In this document: positions 9,789 to 19,855 of the stretch, piece after piece | Layout of the letters: each line of letters opens with the position of its first letter | How positions within the stretch are numbered: position 1 is the first letter of the stretch | DNA from: an uncultured Candidatus Saccharibacteria bacterium | GTDB taxonomy: Bacteria > Patescibacteriota > Minisyncoccia > UBA6257 > 2-01-FULL-56-20 | Direction of reading: 5' to 3' | Length of the DNA: 64,000 bases | Assembly (NCBI GenBank): GCA_964409535.1 | Contig: CAYPDQ010000001.1 | Location: forward strand, 22,993-86,992 | Program-made: the position numbers and the translations under genes | The notes under the pieces: generated by a model | The model's database searches: none | What the model saw: only the letters and a program-made list of their open reading frames with translations | What the model was told of the DNA's origin: nothing

Positions 9789-10874
9789 TTACAAAGGCAT
9801 CCCCATCATCCTGAATATATCCTCAAAACGCTTTTCCGTGGAGTGGTCGCGGATGGTGCGCTCGTAGCCCCGGCGCGCAATCTCCTCCCGCTCCCCGGGA
9901 TGAGCCAGATAATACCTTATCTTCTCCACTAAGTCTTTTTCGTCTTTATATACCACGATCTCTTCTCCAAGTTTGTAGTAATCCCGCAGGTCGTCCGCGT
10001 CCTCGGTAAGCTCGAACGTACCGCACGCGGGCACCTCAAAGTTCCTGGCTCTTACCCACGAATTCCGTTTCATAGACCACATCCGGACGTTGTCGTAGAA
10101 GTTCCAGATGTCCGGTTTGATGGGAAGTCCTCCTTCTCCCAAGTCTGCGCGACGCAAAAAGAGACGCACAATCGGCCGCCAGCCGACGTAAAACGGGGCT
10201 GTATTCAAAGACAGCACGATTTTACTTCGGTTGATAATGCCAACAAGCTCATCTTGGCTCACCGGCCCCTCCGGCCAACCGGTTCCCCGCACGAACACCG
10301 GTATGCCAGCATTTTTAACATAACTGATGACGCGCTGACGCGTCTTGTTCCAAAGACCGATAAAGCTTACATCGATGTCTTTTTTTCTGTTTTCCAGCTT
10401 CCTGAATTCCTCAAGATCCACGCCCGGTTGATGATGAATGACGTTGTTACACCCAATACTTTTATATTTTTTGACCGCGCGCGAATCGTAGGTCACAATC
10501 CACGTAAAATATTTGGCGACATGGCGGCCGAACCGCTCCCACCGCCATGTGTCGTCATCAGCGATGTAAACGAATGTTGTGAATTTCTGATTGCGCATTT
10601 TTTTGAAAAGTTCCCTGCCCCAATCGTTTTCGCTGAAGCCGGCAATACATACGTCGGGCTTCGCTCGCACGATATGTTCCCAGAGTTTCTTCCTTGCCTC
10701 CTCGCGTCCATAGGTAATAATTGCATCGTCAAAAAAGAAAGCATCCACCGTGTGGCCGCGCGGCTCCGCGGCTTTAGCGAGAGGCACTTGAAGGCGATAA
10801 TTCCCGTCAGCCACGCGAAGCTGTTTCCAGTCCCTGTCCCAGACGTATTTATATGTGACGATGAGGATCTTCAT
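9789..10874 (-). CDS. CgeB-like glycosyltransferase
   Basis: DVSFIG, RNFEVPACG, REEIARRGYER; start MKILIV chosen. Confidence 0.8.
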   Translation of the reverse strand: MKILIVTYKYVWDRDWKQLRVADGNYRLQVPLAKAAEPRGHTVDAFFFDDAIITYGREEARKKLWEHIVRAKPDVCIAGFSENDWGRELFKKMRNQKFTTFVYIADDDTWRWERFGRHVAKYFTWIVTYDSRAVKKYKSIGCNNVIHHQPGVDLEEFRKLENRKKDIDVSFIGLWNKTRQRVISYVKNAGIPVFVRGTGWPEGPVSQDELVGIINRSKIVLSLNTAPFYVGWRPIVRLFLRRADLGEGGLPIKPDIWNFYDNVRMWSMKRNSWVRARNFEVPACGTFELTEDADDLRDYYKLGEEIVVYKDEKDLVEKIRYYLAHPGEREEIARRGYERTIRDHSTEKRFEDIFRMMGMPL

Positions 10875-11652
10875 GAGGCATATTCCTTTTGAAATTCTCA
10901 TATTCTTCAAGCCACGCGCCGAGCATAGCCGCGTTTTCTTTCCCGACGAGAGACAGCCCCAACATCTCGCGGACAATCGCCTCCTCATCGATCTCGGCAC
11001 GCGGGTCTTTCTCCGCCACTGCCAAGACATTTGGCATCGCATTGCCGCCGTACCGCTCGTAAAACGAATTCGGTGTTAGGCGCCCAAGCGGATTCAAAAT
11101 AGGCAAGTAGAGCGATTCGGGCAAGCGCGCAAATAACTTGCCGACGACGGGTAATTTTTGCGCGTGCTTCGCGACGCCATGCCAGTAGGAACGTATTTTT
11201 ATATTACGGAATCCGGTTTTGTGGAGCACGAATTTGAATTTCCGTTTGTCCCAAAAATCACGGTGTTCCGCCCAAGATGCTTCCTGTGACCCAAAAATGT
11301 GCCGCCCCAATTGGAAACGCCGCCGGAGCGAAGTGGCACGACAGTATTCACGGGCAGACATTTCAAAATCAGGCGTTTCAATGACGAGTATGCCTCTGGG
11401 CTTGAGCCACCGCCGCCAGTTGAGAAGTAAACCTAAAGCGACGGAACGCGTGAAATGTTCAAACAAGTGGTGACTTCGCACCTCATCGACGGTACCTTCG
11501 GGAAAAGACAGCGTCCGGATATCGGCATATCGGTCCGCCCTTGGACGCATTACGCTATGCTCGCTTGGCGGGAAATCAATATTCACATATCCCTCTAAAT
11601 ACTTTTCCCCGCTCCCCAGATGCAGTTTCACCGGCCGCTTTTGCATTTCCAT
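10849..11652 (-). CDS. Class I SAM-dependent methyltransferase
   Basis: KLHLGSG, SHHLFEH, LKPRGILVIETPD. Confidence 0.75.
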   Translation of the reverse strand: MEMQKRPVKLHLGSGEKYLEGYVNIDFPPSEHSVMRPRADRYADIRTLSFPEGTVDEVRSHHLFEHFTRSVALGLLLNWRRWLKPRGILVIETPDFEMSAREYCRATSLRRRFQLGRHIFGSQEASWAEHRDFWDKRKFKFVLHKTGFRNIKIRSYWHGVAKHAQKLPVVGKLFARLPESLYLPILNPLGRLTPNSFYERYGGNAMPNVLAVAEKDPRAEIDEEAIVREMLGLSLVGKENAAMLGAWLEEYENFKRNMPHEDPHRHI

Positions 11653-11661
11653 TCTCCAATA

Positions 11662-12195
11662 TCATACAAGGTTTTTGAACGGATTCACAGAACCTTTCGC
11701 CGCGTCGCGCGCACTTAAAACCGGGTTTTCTGTTGGCCAGTTTATCTTGAACCGCGGATCGTTCCACTTATATGCGAACTGGCGGCCCTGGTCGTAAGAG
11801 CCGGATTGCTTGTAATGCACGATTACACTCTCGGAGAGCGCCAGATAGCCGCTCGCGTGCTTGGGCGGCACGAGAATGCTCAATCTGTTTTCCTCCCCGA
11901 GTTCAACCGAAACCCAATCGCCGAAAGAAGGCGACGCTGTGTCCGCATTGAGCGCCACAAAGAATACTTTTCCCGAAACGCAGGTGATGAGCTTGTAGCG
12001 CACGTCGTCGCCGTGCAGGCCGCGTAAGACGTTCTTCTTTGAAACCGAGATGTCGTCTTCCTCAAAGTGAACGTTAATGCCTAACTCTTTGAGTTTGGTC
12101 TCGTTCCAAATTTCAAGAAAAATTCCCCGCGCATCCGAAAACGGCTCATGCTTCAAAAGCAGCACTCCTTTCAGTTTGGTCTTCTCGATCACCAT
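11662..12195 (-). CDS. rfbC: dTDP-4-dehydrorhamnose 3,5-epimerase
   Basis: DARGIFLE, VLRGLH, WNDPRFKINWP. Confidence 0.9.
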   Translation of the reverse strand: MVIEKTKLKGVLLLKHEPFSDARGIFLEIWNETKLKELGINVHFEEDDISVSKKNVLRGLHGDDVRYKLITCVSGKVFFVALNADTASPSFGDWVSVELGEENRLSILVPPKHASGYLALSESVIVHYKQSGSYDQGRQFAYKWNDPRFKINWPTENPVLSARDAAKGSVNPFKNLV

Positions 12196-12258
12196 GGCAA
12201 GCGTGTCGCTATACTATAAACGCAGAACACAGGAGCTGCAACTTAAATTTAGCCGCGC

Positions 12259-13784
12259 CTAAAACTGCGGATTCCAAGGGATGAATCCCGATTGGTCGCC
12301 TGGATCGGGAATATAGCTGACATCGTCAAGAAGATCCAGGTTCTGGCCAAAATAATAATTCAGCAGAACGCGGAAAGTGTTAACCGGTGTTATGGAATCG
12401 TAAAGAAGCTTGTCTCCTCCATCGGGGAAATAATAGGCGTTAAGGATAGGAAGTGAGTTAATGCCCGGGACAATCAGCTTTTTGGCTCGATCCGGTTCAG
12501 CCAGATTTTTCAGCATATCCTCGTCGTTCGAGAAGCGAAAGCCGTGATCTCCCTGCAGTATTATGATAGGCTCGGGTTCGGAGCGTTCCAGCAACGTATC
12601 TACAAGCTTTACGACTTCTTTGTTGATATACGCTACCTGGCCAAGATAGTTTTCCACTGCGTTTCTCTCGGTGGCCTCTTTCCCTGTAACGAAGTTGCCG
12701 TCGGCGTCAAAAACGTACGGAGCATGAGGCAGTAAAAAGTGAGCGAATACGAAAACCGGAGCGCCTCTCTTCTCTGGAACTTCAGCAAGTTTCCGAAGTT
12801 GGAACTGCACTCTTTCCCACTGCAGGAACCGTCTGTCCAGAAATCTCATTTTCGCCGCGAAACGCACCTCGTTGTTCAGAAAATTTTCCACATGACTGAA
12901 TGCGGTATTTTCCCATACTGCCCATTGGTATGGAGAAAACAGGGTCAAATTTACGTTTTCATCCGCATATCGGTTGAAGTAAGTGAAAGCATCCGCCCCG
13001 AAGTGTAAATACCTGTATCCATAGTAACCCAAAAAGTCTTTAACTGCGTTATCCTCGACCATCTTCAAGTTGCTGTTTGACGCCTGTCGGCTTTGAAGAT
13101 AAATCATATTCAAAGAAGACGGTAGAGATAATCCGGTTGCGTAATAATTACTCAAGCTTTGCTTGGCCACAAAAAATCCCCTCTTTTCAAGCGAGGCCAC
13201 CATCTCATCCTCCTTCTCGAAACCCATTATTTGCCTTATAACGTCCGGCGAGGAGTATGCGTCCAGAATAATATAATATATGTCGCGGAGTTCGCCGACT
13301 GGACCGTTCAATACTACTTCAGCTCTAGCCGGCAATATTTCCCGCTGGGCAGCAAGGTAAGCCCCCCCACCCGGAAGAAGGATAGTAAAACAAACATCCC
13401 CGATGCAGCGAAGAGAGCGTGGTTCACGGCCGATAAGTCCATTGCGGTTTTTCTAATCGCATACAACGCGAAAATGAAAACGGACAAGAGGATAATAAGT
13501 GCCCAACTGTATTGAACTTTAATTAGCGAATTAAATAAAATTCTGTAGATATACTCAAAGGAAAGAGTGAACAAGAGAAAAAGCGAGGCCGCCGGCGCTG
13601 CTTTTTGCGGATCGCGAAGAAAAAACCGTAAAATCCCGAACACTATCGCTCCGAATCCGACGAGAACCGCAACGGCTGCGGGCACCTCTCGCAGGAAAAC
13701 TTCGGCGAAATTCCTGCCCCACAAGAAAATCGCCGGCAGTATAGCAAACAGAAAAGGATGGAAAAGTTGAATTCTTTTAATCAT
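12259..13784 (-). pseudogene. Membrane-anchored sulfatase/LTA-synthase-like protein split by a frameshift at a G7 tract
   Basis: TM ORF 13314..13784 and catalytic ORF 12259..13335 (IILDAY, HFLLPHAPY, QGDHG) join if one G is added at 13362-13368. Confidence 0.7.
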
Positions 13785-15193
13785 GCGCTTATCTTTTTCA
13801 TAAGATAGATCAGCCTCTCTGAATCGGCCAATCTCTTTTTGCCCTTGATAGAGAAGTGTTTCCCAAACTTTTTCTCAAACTCTTCTTCGCAGTAAGCCGG
13901 GAAAACATCTCTTCTGGTTGCAAGCAAACGCCCAACTTGTGAGTCGGTTTTCGGAACGAACTCCACAATTAGATTCTTACACAACCTACTGAAATACTCC
14001 GCTATCTTCCCAAAGGGAACGCCGTTGGAGATAGCAAGGTGGTGAACAAGGGCGAGGGCCAGAACCACGTCAGCCCCTCCCCTGCTTTCCAAAGACATTC
14101 TTTCTTGGTTAGCCCAGCCAACGGCGGGACTGGGGTTCGTCAAGTCCAACAAAAGAGGCAACAGGTTTTTTTCCTTCCTCTTTTTCACTTCAAGGTAATT
14201 CTCCTCGACCGCCTTTGGGTCGATATCAAAGGATACGGTTTCGATGCCCCTGTCGCTCGCAAGGCGGCTGAACTTACCGGTGTTCGCGCCGAAATCCCAT
14301 ACGGTTTTGGGATTTGCAGTAGACAAAAAGCCGGAAACGGCTTCCGTCTTTTCCGAAAACGCTTCTACAGAATAATTCGTCTCCTCATAGTAGCTTTGCC
14401 ACTCAGTTCTCTGGTTTTTGAGCAAGAGCCCGTCAACCGCAGATTTCAGGCTGTCTATAAGCGCAATAAGATTCTGGCGCGGGATGCTCCAGTGCGGCAT
14501 AGCCTTGTTGGCCGAGAATCTCTTTTGGCCCATAGCGTGGAGATGCAGATGCGAAACTACAAGCGGGTGGAATAAGGTGCGCATTGGAAGCATGGAGGCC
14601 GCCAAGTCGAGAGGTACGCCGTCGATAAAAACGCGGAAAAATTGATTCATGCGTAAATCCCGGTAGCTCATAAGCGCTAAGGGTGCCAAAAAGTGCTGAC
14701 AGAACTGACGATACCCCACCCAGGGAGATCCCTCTATGTAATTCTCGAACGAGAGCGTATCTATAAACATGGGTTGGCCGTGCCAGAATTGCACATTAAA
14801 GGCGCTTGCGTCTTTCAAAATCATGTTATGATCAAGCGCTTTTTTCTGAACTTCCAAGGTCAAAAGAGCGGCGTCTTTCAGCTGGCTGAAAGACCATTCG
14901 TAAGGATATGATATGAACGGTATCTTTTCGGGAGAAATAATCTTGTAGACCTCTCTTCTTTTAGGGGAATTTAATTTGATTTCCCGATGAGGAACTAATA
15001 GTCCACTACCTATCAATGCTTCGTAAAGCCCAGACTCTTTTGCGCAGTCATAATGTTCCTTATAACAGTAATTTACGTTTCGGTATATCGTTCCGCCCTT
15101 CGCAAAAAGAGAGCCGCCTGGATCTCGAAAAGAACTCGGAATCTCCGTTCGATTAAACCTGCTCATCGGTTTTCTTATCCTCATCTTTTTCAT
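13781..15193 (-). CDS. NoeA-like SAM-dependent methyltransferase
   Basis: SSFRDP, SYPYEWSF, KDASAFN, DFGANTG, LALVHHL; true start may be slightly downstream. Confidence 0.7.
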   Translation of the reverse strand: MKKMRIRKPMSRFNRTEIPSSFRDPGGSLFAKGGTIYRNVNYCYKEHYDCAKESGLYEALIGSGLLVPHREIKLNSPKRREVYKIISPEKIPFISYPYEWSFSQLKDAALLTLEVQKKALDHNMILKDASAFNVQFWHGQPMFIDTLSFENYIEGSPWVGYRQFCQHFLAPLALMSYRDLRMNQFFRVFIDGVPLDLAASMLPMRTLFHPLVVSHLHLHAMGQKRFSANKAMPHWSIPRQNLIALIDSLKSAVDGLLLKNQRTEWQSYYEETNYSVEAFSEKTEAVSGFLSTANPKTVWDFGANTGKFSRLASDRGIETVSFDIDPKAVEENYLEVKKRKEKNLLPLLLDLTNPSPAVGWANQERMSLESRGGADVVLALALVHHLAISNGVPFGKIAEYFSRLCKNLIVEFVPKTDSQVGRLLATRRDVFPAYCEEEFEKKFGKHFSIKGKKRLADSERLIYLMKKISA

Positions 15194-15413
15194 CCAGTGG
15201 CGTCCCGGCTTGATCGGAGCCGAAAGGTTTTTTCAACCTCCGCCACAATACTCTGAGGTAAAAAGCTGCGCCCAAAATGCCCGCCAAAATTGCTTGAACT
15301 ATGAAGCTGCCTGTTCCCAAGTCAATATAAGCTTCGGCGGTTAGCGGATTCACCAGTCCCAAGAACGAAAGAAGCAAAATCCATGCCGTCATTTCTTGCT
15401 TAGAAAGTATCAT
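15153..15413 (-). CDS. Small membrane protein with AYIDxGTGS motif
   Basis: Two hydrophobic segments flanking AYIDLGTGS. Confidence 0.6.
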   Translation of the reverse strand: MILSKQEMTAWILLLSFLGLVNPLTAEAYIDLGTGSFIVQAILAGILGAAFYLRVLWRRLKKPFGSDQAGTPLDEKDEDKKTDEQV

Positions 15414-15437
15414 GGATGCGATAGGATAGGATAGGAT

Positions 15438-16004
15438 TCAGTGCAGTTGAGGGATTATTTCCTCGCACCAGGCGTGGAGCACCAGCGCGTGAATTTCCTG
15501 GACGCGCGCCGTCGTGCTGGACGGCACGATAATAGCTACGTCGCACTTCTCCCGCGCCGCGCCGCCGTCCCCGCCCAAGAGCCCGACGACTTGAAGCCCT
15601 TTTTTCTTTGCTTCCTCCATTGCTAAGAGGACATTCCGTGAATTGCCACTCGTCGTGATTCCCAAAAATACATCTCCTCTATCACCGAATGTCTGCACTT
15701 GCCTTGCGAATACGCCGTCGTATCCGAAATCGTTCGCCCAAGCGGTTAAAAAAGAAGTGTCCGTGGTAAGCGCCAAAACAGGATAGCCGCTGCGCTTTTC
15801 TTTCTTCAACGTCGCTACGAATTCCGCCGCGAAATGCTGGGCGTCGGCGGCGCTTCCGCCGTTCCCAGCGACAAGTATTTTCCCGCCGCCCAAAAGCGCC
15901 GCCCGGAGCAATTCCCCGGCCTTTTCAAAGCCGGTCCCGAAAGACGGGTCCGAACCGACTTTCCGGAGTAAATCTTCCAATTCCCGCGCGCTTTCTGCAA
16001 ACAT
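15438..16004 (-). CDS. gmhA: Phosphoheptose isomerase (SIS)
   Basis: GNGGSAADAQHFAAE, ANDFGY, TSGNS, RVQEIH. Confidence 0.9.
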   Translation of the reverse strand: MFAESARELEDLLRKVGSDPSFGTGFEKAGELLRAALLGGGKILVAGNGGSAADAQHFAAEFVATLKKEKRSGYPVLALTTDTSFLTAWANDFGYDGVFARQVQTFGDRGDVFLGITTSGNSRNVLLAMEEAKKKGLQVVGLLGGDGGAAREKCDVAIIVPSSTTARVQEIHALVLHAWCEEIIPQLH

Positions 16005-16014
16005 GGTGCTAAAA

Positions 16015-16908
16015 TTATAACTTGATCCAGCCCTCGGACACTATCTCCGCCGGATGCCCGTCTGCGTACCATCTCTCCGGCGCAACCACGATCTTCCCGG
16101 GGTTCTCGTTCAACCATGCACCCCACCAAGAGAAAGTGCTGTTGGCGACAATATTGTGTTTACAAAGCGACATAAACCGCAAATGAGAAGCGCCGCTGGG
16201 TCCGCCCAAAGACTCTTCAACAAAGGTCGCAGGGGAGGTTATTTTCAGATTCTCACGGCACCACGGGACATCGTCGGAGAAAACGAAGAAATGTAACTGT
16301 TTGACGCGAGAGGAAACATAAGTAATCGCGCGGCTGTAGTAATTAAGGTCGGTTTTCCCGTGCAGGTCCTCCACTCTTTTCATAGTCGCATAATCCCCCC
16401 GGCGGATATGCACGGAAACGGAGTTGGTTTTCCGAATTTCTTCTGCGAACCGCGCCGCTTCGCCAGTCAGTCCGTCCCTGAATCTGAACGCCGCCTTTAC
16501 ATCCTCCGCCGCCTCGCGGAAATATTTTTCCGTCTGCCAGCGGCCCCAGAGCACTGCATTGTCCCGGGTCATAAGCACGTCTGGATCAAAATGCCGCTCA
16601 TCCTTTTCTTTTACGATGCGGCATATCCCAAGCGTGCGGCGCAGCTGCATTAAAGCGAGGTCAAGTCCGAGCCAAAAGCCGGGAACCGGCAGAGCGGAGG
16701 AAGTCCGGGAAAGGAACGAAAATCGCGGCTTGAGCATAAAACCGTCCAGCGCGTAAGTGCGGTAGGCAAAATCCCTTCGCGGAAAGCGGTCGTTCAAAAA
16801 TGTCGTATCCAAAAGGAGTTCGCTCTTGTTTTTCTTCGCGAGGTTCAAGCCCAAAGCGTATTGGAACATCTGGTTGCCCAGGCCGCCGCGAAGGAAAACG
16901 GTTATCAT
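16015..16908 (-). CDS. GT11 alpha-1,2-fucosyltransferase family
   Basis: GGLGNQMFQYA, HIRRGDY, NSTFSWWGAWL. Confidence 0.9.
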   Translation of the reverse strand: MITVFLRGGLGNQMFQYALGLNLAKKNKSELLLDTTFLNDRFPRRDFAYRTYALDGFMLKPRFSFLSRTSSALPVPGFWLGLDLALMQLRRTLGICRIVKEKDERHFDPDVLMTRDNAVLWGRWQTEKYFREAAEDVKAAFRFRDGLTGEAARFAEEIRKTNSVSVHIRRGDYATMKRVEDLHGKTDLNYYSRAITYVSSRVKQLHFFVFSDDVPWCRENLKITSPATFVEESLGGPSGASHLRFMSLCKHNIVANSTFSWWGAWLNENPGKIVVAPERWYADGHPAEIVSEGWIKL

Positions 16909-17891
16909 GCACTCCGCGCTTTCACCACTTGCTCCGCGACCCACGCATATGTCTTGCGCAAACCGTCTTCCAGTTTTGCCGACGGCGCCCAGCCAAGTTT
17001 CTCCCGGATAAGCTTGTTATCCGAGTTCCGCCCGCGGACGCCCAAGGGGCCGGGAACGTGCTTTACCGAAAGTTTTTTTCCGGCAATCCGCATAACCGTA
17101 TCCGCAAGCCGGTTTATGCTAACCATCTCTTCCGAGCCGATGTTCACCGGTCCGGTAAAATCCGAGTCCATCAAACGCCTCACTCCTTCCAGGCATTCAT
17201 CAATATAGAGGAAGGATCGCGTCTGCTCGCCGTCGCCCCAAATCTCTATCTCTCTCCCGTCCGCAGTTTCCGCAACCTTGCGGCAGATCGCCGCAGGGGC
17301 TTTCTCTCTTCCCCCTCGCCACGTTCCCTCCGGCCCGAAAATATTGTGGAAGCGGGAGATGCGCACGTTCAAGCCGTAGTTTCTGTTAAAGGCGAGGTAT
17401 AAGCGCTCGCTGAAAAGCTTCTCCCAGCCGTACTCGCTGTCCGGTTCCGCAGGGTAGGCGGAGTCCTCCGAACATTTGGGGTTCTGGGGGTCGGTCTGAT
17501 TGCGAGCGGGGTAAATGCACGCCGAAGAGGAGTAGAAAACTTTCCTTATACCTTTTTTATGTCCGTAGAAAACGGCATGTAGGTTGATCTGGGCGGAATT
17601 GTGCATTACGTTAGCATCGTTGTCGCCGGTGAAGATATAACCCGCTCCGCCCATGTCCGCTGCGAGTTGATAGACCTCATCGAATGGCCGGTCCAAAACC
17701 TTTTCCCAGGTGCCCTCCAGTCGCAGATCGCCGATCACAAAATCGTCCGCCGCTGTTTGGCTGAACTCCGGGTATTTCAAATCCACGCCACGCACCCAGA
17801 AGCCCTCGTTTTTCAAGCGGCGGACCAGATGGCTGCCGATGAAGCCGCCGGCGCCGCAGACCAATGCATTCTTTTTATTGCTGCTTGCCAT
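16905..17891 (-). CDS. GDP-mannose 3,5-epimerase-like SDR
   Basis: LAADMGGAG, SSACIYP, YGWEK, EKAPAAICRK, GVRGRNSDN. Confidence 0.85.
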   Translation of the reverse strand: MASSNKKNALVCGAGGFIGSHLVRRLKNEGFWVRGVDLKYPEFSQTAADDFVIGDLRLEGTWEKVLDRPFDEVYQLAADMGGAGYIFTGDNDANVMHNSAQINLHAVFYGHKKGIRKVFYSSSACIYPARNQTDPQNPKCSEDSAYPAEPDSEYGWEKLFSERLYLAFNRNYGLNVRISRFHNIFGPEGTWRGGREKAPAAICRKVAETADGREIEIWGDGEQTRSFLYIDECLEGVRRLMDSDFTGPVNIGSEEMVSINRLADTVMRIAGKKLSVKHVPGPLGVRGRNSDNKLIREKLGWAPSAKLEDGLRKTYAWVAEQVVKARSA

Positions 17892-17894
17892 TTG

Positions 17895-18518
17895 CTATTT
17901 GTCGCTCTCCGGCAATTCTTCTAAAACGCCTTGAACCCTTTCGTCCGATGACCAGTTGTTCGCGATTCTCTCTCCCACTTCTCTGGCTTTCTCAAAATCC
18001 CCGACCAAGCGGTAAGCGTCGAAAAGTCCGTAAAGGAACTGGGGCCGATCCGGCGAAAGACGCAAGCCCTTCTCGAAATAAGCTATGGTTGCGGCGAGAT
18101 GCCGTCCGTCCCGGGTTTTCATGAGCGCCGCCTGATGCATCAGGCCCAGTACATAGAGATCCTGGCTGAAACTCATCCCCCGGCCGCGCTCAATGATCGG
18201 AGTATAGAACGACTCCGCAAAATTGACCAACCTTTCCGGCTCGGCGGTTCCTCCCTGGATCAAATCCAAAACCATCCCGGTCGCCTGGCGCACGAGTTCC
18301 TCCTGGCCTATCGGCGAGGGCGCAAGAAGCGGACCGGACATTATGCTCTCAAACAGTTCCGGAGTGAGCTTGTCGTTTGCGGAAATCGTCTCCACCGCCC
18401 GCATCCCGCGAATGAAAGCGGCGGACTTTCTCATTGGAAGGAAACTGCCCAAGTACGCGAGAGCGACGAGCATCGCCGCGAGCGTCACGCCGATGGTTTT
18501 TCTAATGAGCGGTTGCAT
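17895..18518 (-). CDS. Hypothetical protein with N-terminal TM and TPR-like C-terminus
   Basis: Hydrophobic N-terminus; helical FEKGLRLSPDRP region. Confidence 0.55.
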   Translation of the reverse strand: MQPLIRKTIGVTLAAMLVALAYLGSFLPMRKSAAFIRGMRAVETISANDKLTPELFESIMSGPLLAPSPIGQEELVRQATGMVLDLIQGGTAEPERLVNFAESFYTPIIERGRGMSFSQDLYVLGLMHQAALMKTRDGRHLAATIAYFEKGLRLSPDRPQFLYGLFDAYRLVGDFEKAREVGERIANNWSSDERVQGVLEELPESDK

Positions 18519-19854
18519 TCTTATATAGAATATGGCTGGCGAACGCGAGGAAGATGAAAACGTTCATATATATCGGCAGGACGTCAAAAAGCACCAGGCC
18601 CTGAACGAGATAACCGACCGGCAGGGCGAGCATCAAACCCTTCAAAACCGGCCCGCGCTGCGCCTTCTTGAGCAACTCCCAAAAGAAAGTCGCCCAAATC
18701 CCCAGGAAAGCCGCGAGGCCGAGAATTCCGGTTTCCGCAAGGTAGTCGAAGACGATACTGTGCGCACGATCGAACCAGGTCTCGGTGTTTTGACCGGGCA
18801 CGAAGTGGCGCGGATCGAGATACCTGTCAAAAACTGCGCTGAAATTTTCCGGTCCCCATCCCAAAAGCGGCCGCTCCTTGAATCCCTGCCACGCCGAATT
18901 CCATGTCCAAAGACGGGTTTGCACGGTTTCGGCGCCGAAGTTCAAGTCCAAAAGCCGGCCGCCGGCGAAATTATTTAAGAAATCGGCGCCACGCACGGAA
19001 AAAAGAACACCTCCGGTCAAAACTAAAACTAAGAGTGCCGCTATGCTGAATTTCCGGAGCTGGCCTTCGTCCTTCAGGGCCGCGAACGCCAGAAACGCGA
19101 CAACTGCCGCGCCCAGCCCCAAAAAGGCGCCGCGTGTCTGGCTCAACATAAAGAAAAGAAGGAAAACAAAGAGCAACCCCGAGTAGGCAAGGGCGACTGG
19201 GAGTCGCCGGCTTTTTCCGCTCCACCAAAGCCACAATGCGTAAAACATTGAGAACATAAGATAAGGAGCCACGTAGGCGGGATTGCCCAAAGAACCTTGG
19301 AACCGCGCAAGGGGGTGAAAAAGACGGCCTAAGGTGGAAGGAGCAAAAGGTTTATCCTCGGCGCGATATTGGCCAAAAAATCCAGGCACGAATCCGGCAG
19401 CAAGCACGCCGTACAAAATCATGAGTATGGCGGCCGCAAGAGACAGCCAGAACAACTTTCGCCAGTCCTTTTCTTCCCGGAAAAGCAACGCGAGCAAAAC
19501 GAAGAAAGCGTAATAGTGCAGCATCTGAAATCCGCCGTCGCCGCGTTCGTAGTTAGACCAGAAAGCGGCGCTTGCGTCATAGGCAAAAATGGAAGCTAAA
19601 AGGAAAACGCCGACGAAGACACTTACGGCAATAACTAGCGGCTTACGGAAAAGTTCTTTCAACCGCTGGGGAGCAATCTTCGCTCCCTCCGGGTCAAATG
19701 CCCACCACAGGATGAAAGAAGCCAGCGCCATCTCCACCGCCACCCGGAAAAAGTAGTACTTGCCGCCGATGAACGGGAAGAAAGTGGAGGGCAAAACCAC
19801 GACCACGGCGAAGACCGAGGCGTAGAGAAAAAATTTGGAGAGCTTAAGGAACAC
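18502..19854 (-). CDS. O-antigen ligase (Wzy_C) family protein
   Basis: Multi-TM, GSLGNP, TRGA, PLLGWGPENF, DRAHS. Confidence 0.85.
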   Translation of the reverse strand: MFLKLSKFFLYASVFAVVVVLPSTFFPFIGGKYYFFRVAVEMALASFILWWAFDPEGAKIAPQRLKELFRKPLVIAVSVFVGVFLLASIFAYDASAAFWSNYERGDGGFQMLHYYAFFVLLALLFREEKDWRKLFWLSLAAAILMILYGVLAAGFVPGFFGQYRAEDKPFAPSTLGRLFHPLARFQGSLGNPAYVAPYLMFSMFYALWLWWSGKSRRLPVALAYSGLLFVFLLFFMLSQTRGAFLGLGAAVVAFLAFAALKDEGQLRKFSIAALLVLVLTGGVLFSVRGADFLNNFAGGRLLDLNFGAETVQTRLWTWNSAWQGFKERPLLGWGPENFSAVFDRYLDPRHFVPGQNTETWFDRAHSIVFDYLAETGILGLAAFLGIWATFFWELLKKAQRGPVLKGLMLALPVGYLVQGLVLFDVLPIYMNVFIFLAFASHILYKNATAH

Positions 19855-19855
19855 G

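Noticed and set aside
17895-19854. Frameshifted single O-antigen ligase-TPR gene
   Set aside because: The second ORF has its own ATG and TM with a short overlap and no slippery tract; a split cannot be shown.
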